From contig NW_021832741.1 of NCBI RefSeq assembly GCF_006345805.1, positions 1 through 32,895 on the forward strand: 32,895 bases of DNA, given 5' to 3'. This DNA is from Octopus sinensis. Taxonomy: Eukaryota. The position numbers were made by a program, and so were the translations under genes. The notes under the pieces are model-generated. The model ran no database searches. It had not been told where the DNA came from and saw nothing but the letters and a program-made list of their open reading frames with translations. Below are positions 10,501 to 21,705 of this stretch, in pieces. Within the stretch, counting starts at the first letter, position 1, and each line of letters begins with the position of its first letter.

Positions 10501-11079
10501 TGTTTTCTACTATCATAAATTTTGCTGTTGCAGTGGCGGTGGTGATGGTGGTGGTGAAGTAGGTGAGAGTCGTGACTGTCATTCTATTGTTGTTGCTGTT
10601 GTTGGCTGATGTCTTTGATATTGTCTCAGTTATTGCAGGGAAATCCGATTCATAATTGGAATCAAACTCTCGTGCACTTTCGTTGTCGTTGTAGCTGCTG
10701 TTGTTGCTGTTGTTGTTGAGCGAACGGTCTTCATCCCAGAGCTAGCAAGATGGGAGAAGTCCGAAACGTGGTCCTTTGCTATTCGTAAGACCCGCAGAAG
10801 AGAAAGTAGGTCAAACCCCGACACCGAGAGCATCGAGCGATGGATGAATGCGCATCCAGGCTCAGCGGTTGCGAAGGATGTCGGGGACAAGAAACTGGAA
10901 GAAAGAGTGAGAGAAAGTTGGAGCGAAAGAGTACAACAGGGGTCGCAACCACCCCATGCCGGAGTCTCGTGGAGCTTTAGGTGTTTTTCGCTCAATAAAC
11001 ACACACAACGCCCAGTCTGGGAATCGAAACTGCGATCCTCCGACCGCGAGTCCTAACCACTGAGCCATTGCGCCTCCAC
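7501..11079 (-). mobile_element. Internally deleted Tx1-like (L1 superfamily) LINE: tRNA-derived head, 5' UTR, decayed ORF1, ORF2 C-terminal part, 3' UTR, short poly(A)
   Basis: ORF2 remnant at about 8850-7750: VKFLGV*FG..QVSKNW, ANAYVASVI, GPMDNFQKSLAWQCY.GAL.VRDK, PRCAQSDETFLHA (degenerate CCHC), ALIDFFKFHLKKKVRV. ORF1-like remnant at about 10700-9700: FDSNYESDFPAI, VLHPRNFGKRTMWINI, IEGR, with N/T/Q-rich tracts. Tail is AATAAAGAAAAAAA. Confidence 0.8.
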
Positions 11080-11467
11080 TGTAGTTGCTGCTGTTTGTTG
11101 TCATAATGTTAGTGTGTTTCACTGAACTTCGAAGCTCACCTCCCCTTCTATTTGAAGGTAGAAGGTCGAGTACTGTAATGTGTCTTGCAACTCTATCAGA
11201 GATACCTCTTACTTTCTCTTCCATGTTTATTTTAGCAAGGCTGAATTCGCACGTCAGTTTATAAAATTATTTTTCCAAAATGAAATGAAAATTTTCTTTC
11301 TGAAACTACGTCCCCAAAGCGGCACAAACAAGCAAAGAAACCAAACCTATGCAATGGTGGTGGTTTTAAGCGTTTTGCAACAAAATAAACATTTAATTTT
11401 TTTAGTCAAAAATTAAAGCAAAAAACTTACGAGCGAAAAGGCATGTTTTCCGATAGCACGAATAATA

Positions 11468-11652
11468 ATTTCAAATTTTGAAACAAGGGCAAAAAGTCGA
11501 TTACAGTGACCCCAGTAATTAAACAGTATTTAGTTTATCGAAACAGAAAAGGAGAAAGGCAAGAATGACCTCGTCAGAATTTGAACTCAATACAAAGAAA
11601 CGGACGAAAGGCAGCTAAGTATTTCGTCCGGCGTGCTAACGATCCTGCTGCT
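11468..11652 (-). mobile_element. Decayed SINE type 2 copy
   Basis: TTCAAATTTTG...AAGTCGATTAC...GACCCCAG...GAAAGGCAAG...GACCTCG...TTTGAACTC...GGCGTGCTAACG, in reverse of the 17029 copy. Confidence 0.75.
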
Positions 11653-12211
11653 GAGATTGTACACCCGACATTATTTAGTAATTTCTACCTGCGCTAGTAA
11701 TGCCCATATTTGCCTGTTTGAAACCGAAAAATATTCTTTCTTATGTTCTTCGTTTTTCTGAGTCTCCATTTCTAGCGTGAAAAGTACTTTCACCATAATG
11801 AATTTGTTTGGTATCACTGTAACTTATGTTTATTTTTTTTCTCAGGTAATATTAACCTCCTCTTTCCTTCACTATCTATCTATCAATCTATCAAACTATC
11901 ATTCTATCAAACTATTAAACTAGCATTATCCACTCTCTCGCGCGCGCGCACGCACACACACACATACGAGGTTCCTATTCTTTTTGAATGCGAGAATTTA
12001 TGGGACCTGTCAGTAGGATTCGGATGTTGCGAATGAGTTTATCCTTCAATAGAAGAAAGATTGAGTGGAAGGAGAGAGAAGAGGAGAGAGAGAAAGACAG
12101 ACAGGCTGAAAGAGAGAGAGGAATACGATCTGCAGACGTGCATAAAAAAGGACGACAGCAGTGTAGCGTTGACGGCCAGAAGCTGGATGATTGTTGGCTG
12201 CACAACAGATC

Positions 12212-12517
12212 GTTGGTGTTTGTTCCTTTTCGAGCCATGCCTGGCTCATAAGGGCCGGTTTCCCGGTTTCCTTGGCGTATAGGTACCCCACCTGGACGTG
12301 ACGCCTGTCCGTCGCAGGTGAGCTGCAAGATGCAGGAGGAAAGAGTGAGAGAAAGTTGTAGCGAAAGAGTCAGCAGAAGTTCGCCATTATCTTCTGACGT
12401 CGCCACGTGGAGCTTAGGTGTTTCGCTCATAAGCACACACATCGCCCGGTCTGAGATTCGAACTCGCGATCCCTCGAGCGCGAATCCGCTGCTCTAACCA
12501 CTAGGCCACGTACCTTC
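12212..12517 (-). mobile_element. tRNA-derived SINE type 3 (same head as the Tx1 5' end, different 3' tail)
   Basis: A box TGGCCTAGTGG, B box GAGTTCGAATC, body GAGCGAAACACCTAAGCTCCACG...CAACTTTCTCTCACTCTTTC, tail GAAACCGGGAAACCGGCCCTTATGAGCCAGGCATGGCTCGAAAAGGAACAAAC. Confidence 0.85.
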
Positions 12518-12539
12518 ACACAACAGATCTAGGTACCCT

Positions 12540-13090
12540 GGATTCATAAAGAATTGTTGCATTTATAACCTGAATCACAACAGCAAAACCGGCGAAGGTG
12601 AAGGAGTTTAGAGAATGATATGGCAGCGTGTTTGGGGAGGGAAGAATACTGGAGGAACCTCTGAAACTTAAGTAGCTCCACAATGCCCAACCCTACACAA
12701 CCAAGTACTTTTAAATGCCGACGATGCAACTACTGCCCCTAAATTAACAATATTATAAACAGCATTAGTCCTAAGACAAAATACTACATCACACAAAACT
12801 GTTCTTGCACATCTTCCAGCTTTATGTATTGTATGAACAAACTTTGCAGCGCCTTTTATATTGTGGAAACAGACTGACGAATTACTGAGCCCTTTAGAGA
12901 TTATATTCGAAAATATAAATAATATATGCTAGGCCAACCTATTGCCCCCCACTTTAACAATACAAGTCATTTCTCCAGTATATGATTTTTTTCTTTGAGT
13001 GTCACTTAAGTTCTTCTTGAGAGATTTGAAGCACGTCGCTAACAAAGCAACAAGGCTTTTTGAGTTAAGAGATTTCCCAGTATTTGTAAA
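12540..13090 (+). mobile_element. Penelope-like element fragment, GIY-YIG endonuclease region
   Basis: PTQPSTFKCRRCNYCP*IN..SPKTKYYI..CSCTSSSFMYC..LC.AFYIVETD*RITEPFRDY..GQPIAPHFN matches the Cys-rich GIY-YIG domain of Neptune-type Penelope-like elements. Confidence 0.75.
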
Positions 13091-13099
13091 AGTATGTGG

Positions 13100-14975
13100 T
13101 TGACATGATGTGTATTGGTTAAACTATCGATGCATGCACCCAAATGTATGCATTTATTCATATAATAATCTCAAATAGAGAATTTCTAGAATGTCTTTAA
13201 AATCCCCACTGTGCCATTAATACATTGGATTTGGGGAATCCGTGTCAGTTTCTTTTCCTCTTTTCTCATGAAACCAAGTGTTTCTAGCTTTTTTGTGCAA
13301 ATTTGTTGGCACGTAACCTAATTCACCTATTATAAGACCCACAGAAGAGAAAGCAGGTCAACCCCCGACACCGAGAGCATCGACGGATACATGAATGCGC
13401 ATCTAGGCTCAGCGGTTACGTAGGAAGTCGGGGACAAGAAACAGGAAGAAAGAGTGAGAGAAAGTTGGGGCAAAAGAGTATAACAGGGGTGCCCCTCCCC
13501 CCTGCCGGAGCCTCGTGGAACTTTAGGTGTTTTCGCTCAACAAACACACACAACGCCCAGTCTGGGAATCGAAACCGTGGTCCTCCGACCGCGAGTCCGC
13601 TGCCCTAACCACTGGGCCATTGCGCCTGCTTGTGGAAGCTGCTGATGACGTAGGTGATATCTTCCACACTTGTATAGCAGATCAGTGAGGTACTTTTATC
13701 ACAACGTGGAGGTTATGTTGTATCGTTGTCCCTTTTATTTACCAGGGATTTAGTATCTATCTTCTGTTCTTGGATAGCGAAGGCATATCCGTCTAGGTGG
13801 GCTGTAATGTAACTATCCTATGTTGCAGCGAATGTTGTTGTTTTCCTCTAGCTTATGGGATATGTCCCCCATGCATTGATTTTTGTTGTTATGATGCATG
13901 CTACTCCTTCAAGCTTCGCTTTAGGTATTCTCAGAGTAACAGTACAGTAGTTCTCCAACGCTGAAAATGTTACTCTCACTTTTGAGTATGCATGGAATTT
14001 ACTCATTTCTTTCTTTACAGCTCAGCAGGTGTTATCTGAGTTACAAAATGCAACATTCAAAGGTTTTTTAGACTGACCTTATGCCTCTACTGCCATGACT
14101 CCGACTCACATAAATCCTATCGGTGTCACTGTTAATGTGAAACTTACCAGCGGTAGCTAGTACGTTTCTACCTTTCATGTCCTAGCTGCGTACCTCATCA
14201 AGTTCTAGTCCAAATCTTAAATATTGGTACTAGTAGCGGCACTGCAAAAGCATTGTGAGATATGGTCTTGTTAAATGCAGACAGCTCTGAGTTCCATACT
14301 TTCTGGAGTCTACAGAAGTACTCTTTTCTTATTCTGGCTTTAGTTACAGCACCAACGTATGCAACATTTTCATCAATCGCGAGATACGGGAGATAGTCAA
14401 GCCGTTGATGTACATGTTCTCTGCCTGATCGACAATCTTTCCTCAATTGACTATCATATATGATCATTTGTCTTGTCCGAACTCCATTCCTATAGCTTGC
14501 GAGAATGTTGTGACTGGTTCTAATTGTCTCTTGATGTTGGTCATTTTACTAGAGTATAGTTTTATGTCATCAACCAAAAAATGTGTGGGTGACCTTAATT
14601 TAATTTTTTCTGCATATCTAGCAGGTAGCTTGGCATTTTGTTAACAGGGTTGGCAAGGGATTCACTACCAGTAGAAACAACATAACAGATAGACTATCAC
14701 ATTGAAAAATGCCTGTTGGTAGCTTCATCCTGTTTGTAAAAATAGACCGTGGAGATACATGTTAAGACAACTTGTGTACAGTTTATACGTAAGAATTAGG
14801 CATGCTATGGACCTATAGATTTTGGCCACATGGGTCTGTTTGCTCTTGCAGGTAAGCGTAGTCCGTGCAACCGTCAGCCAATTTGGTATAACTGGCTCAG
14901 CATACATTGTAACAATTGCCCCGCCGAACGTGAGCTTTTCGAACCAGCCAAGTATCAGGTCTCTCCCAGGTGAAT
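13100..14975 (-). mobile_element. Decayed R4/Dong-like element (GTVKICK-type C-terminus), internally deleted and interrupted at 13326-13627
   Basis: PGRDLILGW..IPNWLTVARTTL..YRSIACLILTYKLYTSC; DDIKLY..FSQAIGMEFGQDK; DENVAYVG..RKEYFCRLQKVWNSELSAFNK; GYAFAIQEQKIDTK; VEDITYVISS; after the insert, IIGELGYV..IQCINGTVGILKTF. Confidence 0.85.
13326..13627 (-). mobile_element. Second copy of the tRNA-headed Tx1 5' end (head plus 5' UTR only)
   Basis: About 300 bp collinear with 11079-10780, including the non-SINE segment GTCCCCGAC...GATGCGCATTCAT...CGGTGTCGGGG...TTCTCTTCTG. A box TGGCCCAGTGG, B box GGTTTCGATTCC. Confidence 0.88.
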
Positions 14976-15265
14976 GCATGTATGTATGTATGTATGTATG
15001 TATGTATGTATGTATGTATGTATGTATGTATGTATGTATGTATGTATGTATGTATGTATGCATGTATGCATGTATGCATGTATGTATGTATACATGCATG
15101 TATGTGTGTATGTATGTATGTATGTATGTATGTATGCATGTATGTATGTATGTATGTATGACTGTATGTATGTATGTGTATATGTATGTATCTATGTATG
15201 TATATGTATGTATGTATGTATGTATTTATATATAATAAATAATATATATATATATATATATATAT
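14976..15265. repeat. (TATG)n array grading into (TA)n
   Basis: Directly visible; it accounts for the MYVC/HTYI ORFs. Confidence 0.97.
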
Positions 15266-15691
15266 AATCCTGTGTAATCATTTATGTAATCATATGTATA
15301 CAAATGTATATGATACACATACGTTTATACATTCATGCATATATACATACTTGCATATATCCATACAAGCATACATACGTACAGTATATAATTGATGCAA
15401 ACAGTCACTATGCAACTTGTATTTTCGCTTAAGAACAAATATATAGAAAACAGAATATGCAATTTGTTTTGTATATATATATATGTATATATAAAATTAT
15501 TTCATTTCATTCCAGATAGCACTTGAAATGAATATGTGCAACGTTGTATATGCATTGACGAATAAATAAAACATTGAAATTAATGCGTAAAATATTTCTT
15601 ATTGGATGATGTACAGCCTGAAGAAGTTTGATAATTTCCAATAATTAAATATGATATTTAATTACAAAAGTGACTTAATCCTTTGATAAGA

Positions 15692-15735
<44 letters not shown>

Positions 15736-16085
15736 CATACACATGTGTTTGTTTATTTGCTTGTGTGTGTGTGTATATTTGGTGTGCGCGTGTACGTGTG
15801 TTGTTGTGTGTGGTGGTGGTTGTGTGTGTGTGGTGTGTGGTGGTGTGTGTAGGTGGTGTGGGTGTATACGAAATTAATATTTCAGATCAAAGATAAAAAC
15901 ATATTGAAACAAAGTGCATTTTTCTTATTCTGAGATCTCGCCAGAAAAACTGCAGGTAGAATCTGTAAGTTTGTATGTATGTATGTGCGCAAGTATGTAT
16001 ATATGTATGAATGTATGTATGTATATGTGCACGCGTGTGTATATGTATGTATGTATATATATCTACATATATATTATATATATAT

Positions 16086-16127
<42 letters not shown>

Positions 16128-16179
16128 TGTAAAGAAGCAGAGAGTGAGAGAGAGAGAGAGATATACACAAGTTTTTATA

Positions 16180-16555
16180 TGTGTGCGTATGGCTGCGTAT
16201 TAAGTAGTTTGCTTTTCAACTGCATGGTTCTTGTTTCAATCCCTCTGTTTGACACATTGGGAAAGTATCTTTTACAGTGCCCTTGTTCCGACCAAAGCCT
16301 CATTAATCGATTTTGTAGGGAGAAACTGCTTCAAAACCCGTCCTATGTGTATGTATATATGTATGTGCTTGCTCTCTGGTGGTTGAAACCTGGTACTGCT
16401 ATGTTTACGTTTCTGTATGTCAGCAGTTCGCCAAATCGCACCGTTAGAATGACCAGCAAACATCAAGAAAAAGTAAGTACTAATATCGAACTGATCGACT
16501 AAACTATTTCAAAGTGATGCTGAAGGATGAATGCAGTCTAACGACTTACACAAGC
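16180..16555 (+). mobile_element. Highly decayed SINE type 1 copy
   Basis: TGGCTGCGTATTAAGTAGTTTGC...CATGGTTC...TTGGGAAAGTATC...CCGACCAAAGCC...GATTTTGTAG...CAGTTCGCCAAA...AAGTACT is collinear with 2591-3020. Confidence 0.75.
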
Positions 16556-16589
<34 letters not shown>

Positions 16590-16619
16590 GTCACTCATTT
16601 TTTTTTTTTTTTCATTATT

Positions 16620-16812
16620 ATAAATATTCCATTGAGGAGGAAGCTGGTTTCCAACAAAGATACGTATAGTACAATCTTCGGGATGTAGCTAACACAGTCA
16701 AATTCACATATGGCACCTGAGAAAACTCTTGCATATTATTATTGTTCCACTCATACATTGCACTTGTAACATCAATTTCCTTCTCTGAATATCCCACTCT
16801 ATCCAGATTCTC
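16620..16812 (-). mobile_element. 5'-truncated 3' end of an R4/Dong-like element lying within (CATA)n
   Basis: ENLDRVGYSEKEI..LQVQCMSGTIIICKSFLRCHM-stop plus 3' UTR. (TATG)n lies on both sides (16560-16590 and 16815-17010). Confidence 0.75.
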
Positions 16813-16814
16813 CT

Positions 16815-17012
16815 TATGTATGTATGTAAATATGTATGTATGCATGCATGTATGTATGTATGTGCGTGTGTATGTACGTATGTATGTATGTATGTATGTA
16901 TGTATGTATGTATGTATGTATGTATGTATGTATGTATGTATGTATGTATGTATGTATGCATGTATGTATGTATGCATGTGTGCGTGTGTATGTATGTATG
17001 TATGTATGTAGG
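16815..17012. repeat. (TATG)n array
   Basis: Directly visible. Confidence 0.97.
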
Positions 17013-17028
17013 TAGGTATGTTTGTATG

Positions 17029-17255
17029 GCGGCGAGCTGGCAGAAACGTTAGCACGCCGGGCGAAATGCTTAGCGGTATTTCGTCTGCGTTACGTTCTGA
17101 GTTCAAATTCCGCCGAGGTCGACTTTGCCTTTCATCCTTTCGGGGTCGATAAATTAAGTACCAGTTACGCACTGGGGTCGATGTAATCGACTTAATACCT
17201 ATGTCTGTTCTTGTTTGTCCCCTCTGTGTTTAGCCCCTTGTGGGTAATAAAGAAA
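17029..17255 (+). mobile_element. tRNA-derived SINE type 2 (AATAAAGAAA tail variant), full length, with a 16-bp flanking direct repeat
   Basis: GCGGCGAGCTGGCAGAAACGTTAGC...GAGTTCAAATTCC (B box)...GCCCCTTGTGGGTAATAAAGAAA. TAGGTATGTTTGTATG occurs at 17013-17028 and 17256-17271. Confidence 0.92.
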
Positions 17256-17302
17256 TAGGTATGTTTGTATGTATGTGTGTGAATGTGTCTGATTGTATGC
17301 AT

Positions 17303-17537
17303 CTCTTTTACTCTTTTACTCTTATACTTGTTTCAGTCATTTGACTGCGGCCATGCTAGAGCACCGCCTTTGGTCGAGCAAATCGACCCCGGGACTTATT
17401 CTTTGTAAGCCCAGTACTTATTCTATCGGTCTCTTTTGCCAAACCGCTAGGTGACGGGGACGTATACACACCAGCATCGGTTGTCAAGCAATGCTAGGGA
17501 AACAAACACAGACACACAAACACATACACACACATAC

Positions 17538-17576
<39 letters not shown>

Positions 17577-17748
17577 CGAATATACGACAGACTTCTTTCT
17601 GTTTCCGTCTACCAAATCCACTCACAAGGCATTGGTCGGCCCGGGGCTATAGCAGAAGACACTTGCCCAAGATGCCACGCAGTGGGACTGAACCCGGAAC
17701 CATGTGGTTGGTTAGCAAGCTACTTACCGCACAGCCACTCCTGCGCCT
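17303..17748 (-). mobile_element. SINE type 1, full length
   Basis: Complete head AGGCGCAGGAGTGGCTGTGCGGTAAG...GGTTCAGTCCC, CORE-like segment, internal (TA)n, (GAGTAAAA)n tail. Confidence 0.92.
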
Positions 17749-17832
17749 ATATGCATGTATACATATATATATATATATATATATATATGTGTATGTATGT
17801 ATGTAAGTATGTATACATATATACATATATTA

Positions 17833-18063
17833 AAGGCGGCGAGCTGGCAGAAACGTTAGCACGCCGGGCGAAATGCGTAGCCGTATTTTGTCTGCCGTTA
17901 AGTTCTGAGCTCAAATTCCGCCGAGATCGACTTTGCCATTCATCCTTTCGGGGGCGATAAATTAAGTACCAGTTACGCACTGGGGTCGATGTTATCAACT
18001 TAATCCCTTTGTCTGTCCTTGTTTCTCCCCTATGTGTTTAGCCGCTTGTGGGTAGTAAAGAAA
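17833..18063 (+). mobile_element. SINE type 2, full length
   Basis: Close match to 17029-17255. Confidence 0.92.
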
Positions 18064-18589
18064 TATATATATGTATACATGTGTAGTATGTATGTTTGTA
18101 TGTACATTCGCATCTGCTGCCCACTAAGAATCATAAAAGTATGGAAATATTAGACTAAGAATCAATCATTATACTCCTAGTGTAAGTGTGATTATAGTTG
18201 TGATAATTCAAAATCAGAAGCGAAAATCGAGAGACAAGCATGGAAGCCATTTTAGATATAAAACAGAGAATTATAAATATAGACTTACATGGAAAATTTC
18301 CCTGCCTCCCGATATTTCAATATCTAACCACCTGATTTAAGCTCATATATGAGGAAATTATGCAATATTTATATTTCGTTCTTCATAGATATTTCCATTT
18401 TAAACTAAATGCTTTGATTTAATAATTTTATTTCGTTCACTATCTTTCTGAGTGCAGAACCCAATCTGATAAAAACTGTTATCAAAAAACTTCTATCTTG
18501 AGCTTCTTGAACTCAATGTAATTATTTGGTATTTGGTTCTGACCAGGCGCGATATTCAAAACTGATAATCTGTAAATATAGATAATTCA

Positions 18590-18614
18590 ACATACATGCA
18601 TACATGCATACATT

Positions 18615-18646
<32 letters not shown>

Positions 18647-19150
18647 TGTATGTATGTATGTATGTATGTATGTATGTATGTATGTGTGTATGTATATATG
18701 TATGTATGCATTATGCATGTATGTATGTATGTAAGTATGTATGTATGGATGGATGCATGTATGTATGTATGTACGTATGCATGCATGTATGTGTTATGTA
18801 TGTATGCATGTATGTATGTATGTATGTATGCATGTATGTATGCATGTGTGTATGTATGTATGTATGCAAGTATTATTATGCATGTATGTATGTATGTATG
18901 TATTATGTATGTATGAATGTCTGTATGTATGTACGCATGCATGTATGTGTTATGTATGTATGTATGTATGTATGTATGTATGTATGCATGCATGCATATA
19001 TGTAAGTATGCATGAATGTATGTATGTATATATGTATGTATGCATGCATGTATTATGTATGTATGGATGGATACGTGCAAATGTGTATGCTTTGTTTTAC
19101 GTATATAATGTGTATGTTTTGTTTTATGTATATGCATGTATATCTCATGC
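18590..19150. repeat. Degenerate (TATG)n array
   Basis: Directly visible; it adjoins the 3' end of the R4-like element. Confidence 0.95.
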
Positions 19151-21369
19151 ATATACTTGCATATCTAGATACGCTCATATATACTTAAACGATAAACTTC
19201 GGGAAAGATTTACAGATTTTTACAGTTCCAGTGGATTTGAATTAGCTTTCTCCTTTCTTGTTTTTTAGAGGCCTAATTTCTCAAGACTGGTATTGGGAAG
19301 TGTGTTACACATCCCAGATTCCTAATAATTACAGGTATAAGCCTGAACCTGTAATCTGGATAGAGTATATGCAAATTTCTCAATAGTTCAGTGTGGGCAT
19401 TCTTTTTCACTGATATTCCGCTTTATATGAAAATCCGCTGGGTATTTGATTTCCACAACCGTACACAGTTTCTCTTCTCTATCCTAAATCATTATAATAT
19501 TGTGTTTACATTTCATTGAGGTTTTCATTGGGGCATTCTACCAATACTCCTTTATATCATGGCATCTACCATATTGTGGGTTCTTGTTTCTTTGTCCTCG
19601 GAGTTATTCTAGTGTTCTAGCTACATCATCATGTCTCATCGGTAAACAATACCGTGGTGAAATTTTTTGACAACTGGTTATGGTGTGGGTGATATGTTCG
19701 GTATTATGTCCACAAAAATATTTCATCGGTTATTACATTTTGCTGGTTTTACTGTGTTTCTCTCCCTTTGTGTATTAAATATTGGTTGATATTTCCTCTT
19801 TCTGAATTGCAAACGCATACCCTTCAGAGTGGGAGCTAGTAATCCGGTTGCTGGTCCATGATAGACTGCTTTGATGATCAATGTTTCTATCATCTCGGAG
19901 CTTTCTACTAACATGCATGCATGGATTTTGCTGATATAAGCTCATCCTTTCATCTGATGGAACGTTGCAGTAAAGTTGTGCGTCTTTGTTGCGCTGCTCA
20001 AGGAGCTGCTTTTCAAGTCTTATGATGTTATCAGCCTCATGTATGCAAACTTTGTCAAGAGATGCACTTCGACAATTGGTGGTTAAAATATGTTCCCGAA
20101 GGAATGCGATACGACATTCTGCCGCCTTGCTTTCATTTTAGGTAGAGGTTATCTACATCACTATTGATGTGGAAATTATGTATGCTTGTTAATATATCTT
20201 CCGGGTTTTCACAACAATGGACCGGATCTCATCAAGCATTCAATCAAGCAGCCCAAATGTACGTATGAATAGTGGCACTGCACACACATTGTGGGCCATT
20301 GTTTTATTGAATGCAGAGAGTTCCGAGGCCCAAATTTTCGTTATTCAACTGTAATATACTTTAGTGAGACGTGTTTTGTTACAGGTCTATTGTGAGATAA
20401 TATTTTAGTTCACCCCTAGATACCTGTAACATTCCTTATCAGATATAGAAGAAACAGTTAAGTTATTGATGGAGATGTTGCTAGTCTGGTTTATAGTTTT
20501 CCCTCTTTTCATAACCATATAGCAACATTTATCCTGACCAAACTCTAACCCTATATCCTTTGAAAACGTTATAACGAAGTCAAGGCTGTTTTTCATCACA
20601 TGCCTATATCTTGCAAATAGTTTGAAGTCATCCAGAAAGAAACAGTATGTAATTTTGGTGTTTCTGTTTCCTTGTGAACCAGTGAAATATTCTTCAGACT
20701 TTCTCAACATGAATGACAAAGGGTTTATATAAATTATAAACATCACAAGCTGTTCCCTTGGAATATGCCTCTGCGATACTGTATTCTATCAGTGATAATA
20801 CAGTCACTCTTTGTGTATAATTTAAGTCGGTGAATCACGATGAAGTCGAAATCAGGTCAGCTATGGCTTTGACAACGCTCAATAGAACTTTAGCATGTTC
20901 ACGTGTTTCTAGCATCCATGAATGGAGAACAGAGTCAAAAGCTTTCTTGTAGTCTAACCACATTCAAACTAAGTTTCTCCTATATTCCCGCACCTTTGAG
21001 ATCGCAGTTTTATTAATTAGCAATTGCTCGGTAGACTCCCTTCTTCCCAACTCCTCTGTTCAGATGTGATGCTGTTATTGCTTTCACAATTGTTTTGGAG
21101 GAAGAGTTTTAAACGTGGTGTATATATTTTATACATTAAGTTCTGGCATGCAATTGGCCTGTAGGTTTCTACAAGGTGAGTGGTTCTGCATTTGGAGCGG
21201 TATGCTTCTGGTATCATTGAAAGCTTGCTAGTAAAGGTTGGTAAGATACGGTCGGTAGAAGCTTAGCTTCTTGTACCAATATCCAGGTGGCTTTCCATCC
21301 TGAAATTTTGAATCAGAGTTACAAGAATATCACCGTCATGAAGCATGAGGGTGAGCTGATATTCCGCAA

Positions 21370-21705
21370 GACTTAGAGCGACCGTGCGAAGGACAAGCGG
21401 GGCTCCTACCTTCGTGGACGAAACCGCGCATCCGGGAGGGGTGGGGGGCAAATCCATCCGCCTGTGGGGAGGGCTGCTCTCCCCTCGATGCCACGTATTA
21501 TAACCGCATCTAAACACCCGGTGTTTTAGGGTGGTCAGTGCCACCTTGCTCCGGCGGCTGCGTGCATGCCGGATCCATCTAATCCCCACGGATGCAGATA
21601 TAACTGGTGCCGTTGGAAGGAAGGGATCCTTTAGGTCGCTCGAGGACCGGGTATTCAATACATGGCAGCACATTAACACCTGCCATCCGAGGTAGGCGAG
21701 GGCCT
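21370..21705. other. GC-rich, hairpin-rich insertion of unknown origin inside the R4-like element
   Basis: R4 coding homology stops at about 21705 and resumes at about 21365. The insert is visibly GC-rich and contains several short stems. Confidence 0.55.

Noticed and set aside
11690-11820. Minus-strand open frame IPNKFIMVKVLF...WALLAQ with AG/GT ends
   Set aside because: Purine-rich acceptor, weak donor (GTAGAA) and no recognisable protein.
11010-13627. Possible tRNA genes at the three A/B-box heads
   Set aside because: No acceptor stem or complete cloverleaf, and each continues into a SINE/LINE body.
14822-14975. Plus-strand peptide resembling a signal peptide exon, with TTGCAG and CAG|GTGAAT sites
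   Set aside because: The minus strand is clearly R4 RT domain 1-2 (YRSIACL..YKLYTSC).
15610-15690. TACAGC-CTGAAGA-AG hammerhead-like start
   Set aside because: No downstream GAAAC or NUH before the (TA)n tract.
21440-21560. R2-like peptide IRGIEGRAALPT in the GC-rich insert
   Set aside because: No following CCHC motif or other supporting R2 homology; likely chance.
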